Part shown: one piece after another, positions 26,532 through 32,000 of the stretch
Numbering within the stretch: position 1 is the stretch's first letter
Layout of the letters: each line of letters starts with the position of its first letter
Source of the DNA: Tissierellales bacterium
GTDB taxonomy: Bacteria; Bacillota; Clostridia; Tissierellales; Tissierellaceae
DNA length: 32,000 nucleotides
Direction: 5' to 3'
NCBI GenBank assembly: GCA_014360205.1
Contig: JACIXZ010000001.1
Coordinates: 58,137 to 90,136 of the forward strand
Notes under the pieces: model-generated
Database searches by the model: none
Told to the model about the DNA's origin: nothing
The model's input: the letters and a program-made list of their open reading frames with translations, nothing else
Made by a program: the position numbers and the translations under genes

Positions 26532-28431
26532 AAGAGAGCTCTATCCATTTATCATACAATTCATTCAGATTTTTTTCAATTGTTTCCCTTTTATTTGACA
26601 GACTAAGAGCTTTTTCATGATCATCATAAGTATTTGGATCAGCTAAAATCATATCTATTTCATTCAACTTTTGTTCTAATTCAGAAATCTCTCTTTCCAA
26701 TAGTTTTTGTTTTTCTTTTAGCTTTTTTTCCTTAAGCATTAACTCTTTTTCTTTCTTTTTCTCAAGTTTTAGCTGTGTTTTTGTTTTTTCTTCTTCTGTT
26801 GGAATATCTTCTGTTAATTCTTTTTTCTTTTCCAAGTAGTAATCATAGTTTCCAAGATACTCAAAAATACCTTCTTCTGTGAGTTCATAAATTTTAGTCG
26901 CAATCTGGTTTAGAAAATATCTATCATGTGATATTACCAATACAGTCCCTGAGTACATATTCAAAGCATCTTCTAAAACTTCTTTAGAATCAATATCTAA
27001 ATGGTTGGTAGGTTCATCCATTAGTAAAAAATTAGCATCAGAAAGCATAAGTTTTAATAATGATAGTCTTGCCTTTTCTCCACCACTCAAAGATGATACC
27101 TCTTTAAATAAATCATCGCCAATGAAAAGAAATCTACTCAAATATGACCTTACTTGGAAATGAGTTAAATAGGGATAAGAATCCCAGATTTCGTCAATTA
27201 CTGTCTTATCATCTGAAAGATGAGACATTTCCTGATCAAAGTAACCTGCTTTAACATTTTTGCCTAAAAACACTTCTCCTCTATCTGATGGCATTTTACC
27301 CAATAATATTTTGAAAAGAGTTGTTTTTCCAATTCCATTAGGACCAATTAGACCAACCTTTTCACCTCTATATATACTTAATGAAATGTCTTTGAAAATT
27401 GTTTTACCATCGAAACTTTTAGATATGTTTTCAGCCAATAAAACATCCCTACCTGAAGTAACACTCGTTTCAAAGGTTAGAGATAATTTCTTATTGGTTT
27501 CTACCTTATCTAAGACTTTTATTTTATTGAGCATTTTTTGTCGACTTCTAGCTTGTTTTATATATCTTTCATCACCATATTGCATATATCTTTCAATGAT
27601 TTCTTGCTGTCTTTTTATCTCCTTTTGCTGATCTTCATATTGTTTTTTAAGAATTTCGATGTCTTTTTTTCTCTGTTGCATAAATTTTGTATAATTTGAA
27701 TTGTATATATACAATTTTTGATTTTCCAAATAAAAGACTCTATTTACAACTTTATCAAGAAAATATCTATCATGAGAAATCAATATAAGTGCCTTATTAT
27801 AATCTTTTATAAAATTTTCCAACCATTCGATAGATTCTATATCTAAATGATTTGTAGGCTCATCTAGCAATAAAATATCTGGCTTCTCCAATAATAGCTT
27901 AGCTAATGCTACCCTAGATTTTTGACCACCACTTAATATATTTATAGTTTTATCAAAATCCTCATCTTCAAAACCCAAACCCTTTAGAACACCTTTTATC
28001 TCAGATTTAAAGCCATATCCGTTTCTGTTGTTAAATTCCTCTAGAAGATATCCATATTCTTTCAGATATTGCTCATAAGACTGATCTGAATTATCACTTT
28101 TTCTGGATATTTCTTCTGCCAAAAAATTGATTCTTTTCTCCATCTCTATGATATCTTCAAAAACAGTCAAACACTCTTCAAAAATAGTTTTGCTAGAATT
28201 AACCATTGTTTGTTGTTTTAAATAGCCAATTTTCATTGTGGATTTAATAAATATTTCACCACTATCAGGTTCTAAATTTTTAGAAATAATTTCAAACAAT
28301 GTAGTTTTTCCTGCTCCGTTTAAGCCGAGCAAACCTATTTTATCTTTTTCATCAACAAAAAAAGAAACATTATCAAGTATTTTTTTGTCTATAAATGATT
28401 TTGTTATATTTGAAGCTGAAAGCACTAGCAT
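26530..28431 (-). CDS. ABC-F family ATP-binding protein
   Basis: Two ABC domains (GLNGAGKTT, GPNGIGKTT), LSGGQKSRVALAKLL, LSGGEKARLSLLKLM, linker and charged C-terminal coiled coil, no TM. Start MLVLSASNITKSF with RBS ggaggg. Confidence 0.92.
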   Translation of the reverse strand: MLVLSASNITKSFIDKKILDNVSFFVDEKDKIGLLGLNGAGKTTLFEIISKNLEPDSGEIFIKSTMKIGYLKQQTMVNSSKTIFEECLTVFEDIIEMEKRINFLAEEISRKSDNSDQSYEQYLKEYGYLLEEFNNRNGYGFKSEIKGVLKGLGFEDEDFDKTINILSGGQKSRVALAKLLLEKPDILLLDEPTNHLDIESIEWLENFIKDYNKALILISHDRYFLDKVVNRVFYLENQKLYIYNSNYTKFMQQRKKDIEILKKQYEDQQKEIKRQQEIIERYMQYGDERYIKQARSRQKMLNKIKVLDKVETNKKLSLTFETSVTSGRDVLLAENISKSFDGKTIFKDISLSIYRGEKVGLIGPNGIGKTTLFKILLGKMPSDRGEVFLGKNVKAGYFDQEMSHLSDDKTVIDEIWDSYPYLTHFQVRSYLSRFLFIGDDLFKEVSSLSGGEKARLSLLKLMLSDANFLLMDEPTNHLDIDSKEVLEDALNMYSGTVLVISHDRYFLNQIATKIYELTEEGIFEYLGNYDYYLEKKKELTEDIPTEEEKTKTQLKLEKKKEKELMLKEKKLKEKQKLLEREISELEQKLNEIDMILADPNTYDDHEKALSLSNKRETIEKNLNELYDKWIELS

Positions 28432-28555
28432 ATTAATCCCTCCGACCAATACATTTTAACATAATAAATAATTATTATAAATAGTTATACAAATTGAAGA
28501 TTTTTGTTATAAAAAAATTTTTTATTATGTTATCATTATTTTGGGAGGAATAGAC

Positions 28556-30247
28556 ATGATAATCTTAATAATAAGAAATTTATTAAGCTGTATTGGGATC
28601 ATAATGTTATTATCATTTTTGATGACAAGAAACAAATATCTAAGAAATATAATAACTAAAAATGAGAAAAGTTTTAAAGAGAAAATTATATTAATTTTAA
28701 TTTTTTCGATATATGGGATAATTGGTACATATACTGGTATTCAAATAAATGGAGCTATTGCGAATTCAAGGGTAATAGGAGTATTTGTCGGAGGACTTTT
28801 AGGCGGACCATTTGTTGGTGCTATATCTGGGTTAATTGCGGGATTACATAGAATAGCAATAGACATAAATGGATTTACAGCTTTTGCTTGTGCAATTTCA
28901 ACTTTTACTGAAGGAATACTAGCAGGATTACTAAAGAATAGGTTTGATAAAAGTGAAAATAAAATTGCATTTGCACTTGTATTTGGTATGATAGCAGAAG
29001 TTATACAGATGATAATCATACTTATATTTGCTAGACCTTTTTCTGAAGCATTAGAATTGGTTAGGATAATATCTTTGCCAATGATTATTACAAATGGTAT
29101 TGGAATAAGTCTCTCCATATCATTAATCCATAGTTCTATTACTGAAATAGATTCAAGAGAAGCATATCAAGCACAATTAGCATTAAAAATTGCTGATAAA
29201 ACTTTTCCTTATATGAGGAAAGGTTTAACGGCTGAAACTGCTAAGACTGTTGCTGAAATAATTTATTCAATGACTAATTTCGATGCAGTTTCTATCACAG
29301 ACCAAAATAAAATTCTTGCTCATGTAGGTGTTGGGGAAGAGCACCATAAAGAGAATCAAGGTATAATGACTGGATTAACTAAAAGAGTTTTGAGAAGTGG
29401 GGAAAAACATTTTGCACTTGAACGAGAAATGATCAATTGTTCTAATAAAAATTGCAAACTTAATTCAGCAATTGTAGTTCCTCTAAAATATGGAAATAAA
29501 ATTGTTGGAGCATTGAAACTATACAAGAAATCAAAACTTTCAATATCTAAAACTGAAGAAGCACTAGCCGATGGATTAGGAAAGCTATTTTCGACTCAAA
29601 TTGAGCTTAGTGAATTTGACTATCAAAATGAACTCTTAATGCAATCAGAGCTTAAGGCATTGCAAGCTCAGATAAATCCACATTTTTTATTTAATGCAAT
29701 TAACACTATAGCTGCTTTGACAAGGTCATCTCCAGATAAAGCTAGGGGGCTGTTGATTCATTTGAGCAATTATTTTAGGAATAGTTTGACTGATCCTAAT
29801 GATGAAGTGGATTTACAAAGAGAAATTGAAAACATAAAATCATACTTAGAAATAGAAAAAGCTAGGTTTGGTGACAAGCTTAACATAGTATACGACATAC
29901 CTGAAGGATTAAATTGTTATCTTCCGCCTTTGATAATCCAACCAATTGTTGAGAATGCAGTAAAACATGGCATATTTGAGAAAAATGGCAATGGAGAAAT
30001 AAGGATTGAAATAAAAAATGATGAAAATGATATTTTGATTTATGTTATTGATAATGGGGTCGGAATGGATGAGAAAACTTTAGAAAATATCTATATGTCA
30101 ACGAATAATAATTGTATTGGAATTAGAAATGTAAACGATAGACTAAGAGTTAAATATGGAGAAGATTATAAGCTCAGATTAGATAGTAAGTTAAATTGCG
30201 GAACAACAGCATTAATTAAAATTCCTAAAAAACTAAAGGTGGTGTGA
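28556..30247 (+). CDS. LytS/BtsS-family sensor histidine kinase
   Basis: 5TM-5TMR_LYT segment (GGLLGGPFVGAISGLIAGLHR), GAF-like region, LKALQAQINPHFLFNAINTIAAL, and PLIIQPIVENAVKHGI. RBS ggagga. Confidence 0.92.
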   Translation: MIILIIRNLLSCIGIIMLLSFLMTRNKYLRNIITKNEKSFKEKIILILIFSIYGIIGTYTGIQINGAIANSRVIGVFVGGLLGGPFVGAISGLIAGLHRIAIDINGFTAFACAISTFTEGILAGLLKNRFDKSENKIAFALVFGMIAEVIQMIIILIFARPFSEALELVRIISLPMIITNGIGISLSISLIHSSITEIDSREAYQAQLALKIADKTFPYMRKGLTAETAKTVAEIIYSMTNFDAVSITDQNKILAHVGVGEEHHKENQGIMTGLTKRVLRSGEKHFALEREMINCSNKNCKLNSAIVVPLKYGNKIVGALKLYKKSKLSISKTEEALADGLGKLFSTQIELSEFDYQNELLMQSELKALQAQINPHFLFNAINTIAALTRSSPDKARGLLIHLSNYFRNSLTDPNDEVDLQREIENIKSYLEIEKARFGDKLNIVYDIPEGLNCYLPPLIIQPIVENAVKHGIFEKNGNGEIRIEIKNDENDILIYVIDNGVGMDEKTLENIYMSTNNNCIGIRNVNDRLRVKYGEDYKLRLDSKLNCGTTALIKIPKKLKVV

Positions 30248-30251
30248 TAGT

Positions 30252-30998
30252 TTGATAAAAATACTTATAGCTGATGATGAAAATTTAGCCAGAGAAGATA
30301 TAAAGTATTTCTTAAATAAGTATGAAGAATTTCATGTAATCGGTGAAGCTAAAGACGGCAAAGAAGTTTTGGATATGAATCAAAAGTTAAAACCTGATTT
30401 AATTTTTTTAGACATCAAAATGCCAGTTTTTAATGGAATAGAAATCGCTAGAATAATCAACAACTTCAAAGTTAAGCCAGAGATAATATTTCTTACAGCA
30501 TATGATGAGTTTGCATTAGATGCTTTTAGCTTAAATGCACTTGACTATTTATTGAAACCCATTTCGGAAGAGCGATTTTCCCAAATGGTTAATAAATTGC
30601 TATCAAGATTTCAAAACAATGAAAACATACAAAATGAAGCAAAAAATAATATATATAACAATAGCACACAAGTTATAAGTGCACATAAGAATGGTGTTAT
30701 TATACCGATAAAATTTAAAGATATCATTTATGCAACTATAGACAATAAAGATACTATTTTAGTGACAAAGAATGACAGTTATAAAGTTAATATGACACTT
30801 TCGGAACTCTATAATTTAGTGAAGGAGCATAATTTTTTTAGAACACATAAATCATTTATTGTAAATATAAATTTCATTGAGAAAATTGAACCTTGGTTTA
30901 ATTCCACTTACAATATAAAAATGATCGGGAAAGATTCTAACATTCCCGTAAGCAGAAATTATGTTAGAGAATTCAGAGATAGAATGAATATCAACTAG
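30252..30998 (+). CDS. LytR/BtsR-family response regulator (REC plus LytTR)
   Basis: LIADDENLAREDIKYFL, IFLDIKMPVFNGIE, ALDYLLKPI; LytTR segment FYRTHKSFIVN-like (FFRTHKSFIVNINFIEKIEPWFNSTYNIKM). TTG start. Confidence 0.92.
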   Translation: MIKILIADDENLAREDIKYFLNKYEEFHVIGEAKDGKEVLDMNQKLKPDLIFLDIKMPVFNGIEIARIINNFKVKPEIIFLTAYDEFALDAFSLNALDYLLKPISEERFSQMVNKLLSRFQNNENIQNEAKNNIYNNSTQVISAHKNGVIIPIKFKDIIYATIDNKDTILVTKNDSYKVNMTLSELYNLVKEHNFFRTHKSFIVNINFIEKIEPWFNSTYNIKMIGKDSNIPVSRNYVREFRDRMNIN

Positions 30999-31028
30999 TT
31001 GCATTTTACTAGTTGATATTTTCATTTT
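30987..31028 (+). terminator. Rho-independent terminator overlapping the response regulator stop
   Basis: AATATCAACTAGT-TGCATTTT-ACTAGTTGATATT-TTCATTTT, 13-bp perfect stem. Stop TAG is at 30996-30998. Confidence 0.75.
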
Positions 31029-31105
31029 AACCATTAAATTTTACTTTTTAGCAAAAAATTAAGATTAATTTATTTCATTTGATATAGTTTAATTAGGAGG
31101 ATGTT

Positions 31106-31600
31106 ATGGAGAGTATTCAATATATAGATTTTTTAAAAGAAAGATTAAGTAAATATTATGACATTACAGAAAATTACATGATAAGTGATATTAACTTTGA
31201 AGTCATTGCTAAATGTAATGTTATTTCAGAGAGATATTTTTTCACTAAAGGAGCTGTGATAGATTCATTTAATACTTATGAATATTATCTAATAAAAACA
31301 ATAGATACTTATAACTTAGATTATTTCAAAAGTTTATTAGAGAAAATTATCACAAATCTAGATTCATATGAAGTGGAAGAAAATCACATGAGAACAATAG
31401 TAAACTTAGTATTTTTAATTAATGAAAATAGTGGGGAGAATATAGAAAATTTTGTTAAAAAGTTTAGATATTCAAGAAATATAAAATTTGGGTTAAAAGG
31501 ATGGATAGAGGCAAGCTTGGTATTGGTAAATTTAAAAGAAAATATAATAATATCTAACAAAAAAGGTAAGGACATAATTGAATTTTTAAAAATAAAATAA
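31106..31600 (+). CDS. Protein of unknown function (164 aa)
   Basis: [66 protein letters not shown]...; strong RBS (aggagg) at 31096-31101. Confidence 0.7.
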   Translation: MESIQYIDFLKERLSKYYDITENYMISDINFEVIAKCNVISERYFFTKGAVIDSFNTYEYYLIKTIDTYNLDYFKSLLEKIITNLDSYEVEENHMRTIVNLVFLINENSGENIENFVKKFRYSRNIKFGLKGWIEASLVLVNLKENIIISNKKGKDIIEFLKIK

Positions 31601-31625
31601 AATTTTATTAGAAAGGGGTATTATT

Positions 31626-32000
31626 ATGAGTTCATTATTAATTGTAGTAAGTAGCATATTGATATTTATATTAGCTTATGCTACATATGGATCTTGGCTT
31701 GCTAAGAAGTGGGGCATAGATATTAGCAGAAAAACTCCTGCTAACGAAATCAATGATGGAATAGACTATGTGCCAACTAGACCTCAAGTCTTATTAGGAC
31801 ATCATTTTGCTTCTATAGCAGGTGCAGGGCCAATAAATGGGCCAATTCAAGCGGCAGTGTTTGGATGGGTACCTGTGTTATTATGGATTGTTATAGGAAG
31901 TATTTTCTTTGGTGGTGTTCATGATTTTGGATCTCTGTTTGTTTCAATTAGACACGATGGAAAATCAATAGGAGAAGTTATAAACGATACCATGGGGAAA
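31626..32000 (+). CDS. cstA: Carbon starvation protein A family (CstA/BtsT-like transporter), N-terminus, truncated by window end
   Basis: [102 protein letters not shown]. Confidence 0.93.
   Translation, partial: MSSLLIVVSSILIFILAYATYGSWLAKKWGIDISRKTPANEINDGIDYVPTRPQVLLGHHFASIAGAGPINGPIQAAVFGWVPVLLWIVIGSIFFGGVHDFGSLFVSIRHDGKSIGEVINDTMGK

Noticed and set aside
28741-29118. Minus-strand 125-aa ORF antisense to the LytS-like kinase, and similar ORFs at 27260-27631, 12174-12473, 14574-14840 and 17056-17385
   Set aside because: All are antisense shadows of well-supported genes, without plausible RBS or family signal.
1-32000. CRISPR array, transposon or prophage
   Set aside because: No regularly spaced direct repeats, transposase, integrase or terminal inverted repeats were recognised. 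Gene order and content look like core or metabolic chromosome.

Overview
Low-GC Firmicutes/Clostridia-like chromosomal segment, almost fully coding, with no CRISPR array, tRNA, rRNA or mobile element that I can support. Left to right: 3' end of D-serine ammonia-lyase; a 4-OT-like tautomerase; a GlcT-type antiterminator, EIICB and EIIA (NagE/PtsG class) operon led by a RAT-like antiterminator overlapping a terminator; an HD-GYP/PilZ-like protein; a sigma-54-type (-24/-12) promoter in front of an oligopeptide ABC transporter (SBP, OppB, OppC, fused OppD-OppF) plus cyanophycinase; a sigma-54 activator with a non-Fis C-terminus, an AstE/AspA-like zinc hydrolase and isoaspartyl dipeptidase; degV/fakA/plsY; an MFS transporter; an intergenic region with possible structured RNA; an FMN riboswitch and ribU; tsaE-tsaB-rimI-tsaD; an ABC-F ATPase; and LytS/LytR (BtsSR-like) with the start of cstA. 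The most interesting item is the ~11 kb locus at 6.2-17.6 kb, which looks like a sigma-54-controlled beta-aspartyl-dipeptide/cyanophycin utilisation system. The ORF-track entry 13002..13460 is labelled '+', but its protein is encoded on the minus strand.
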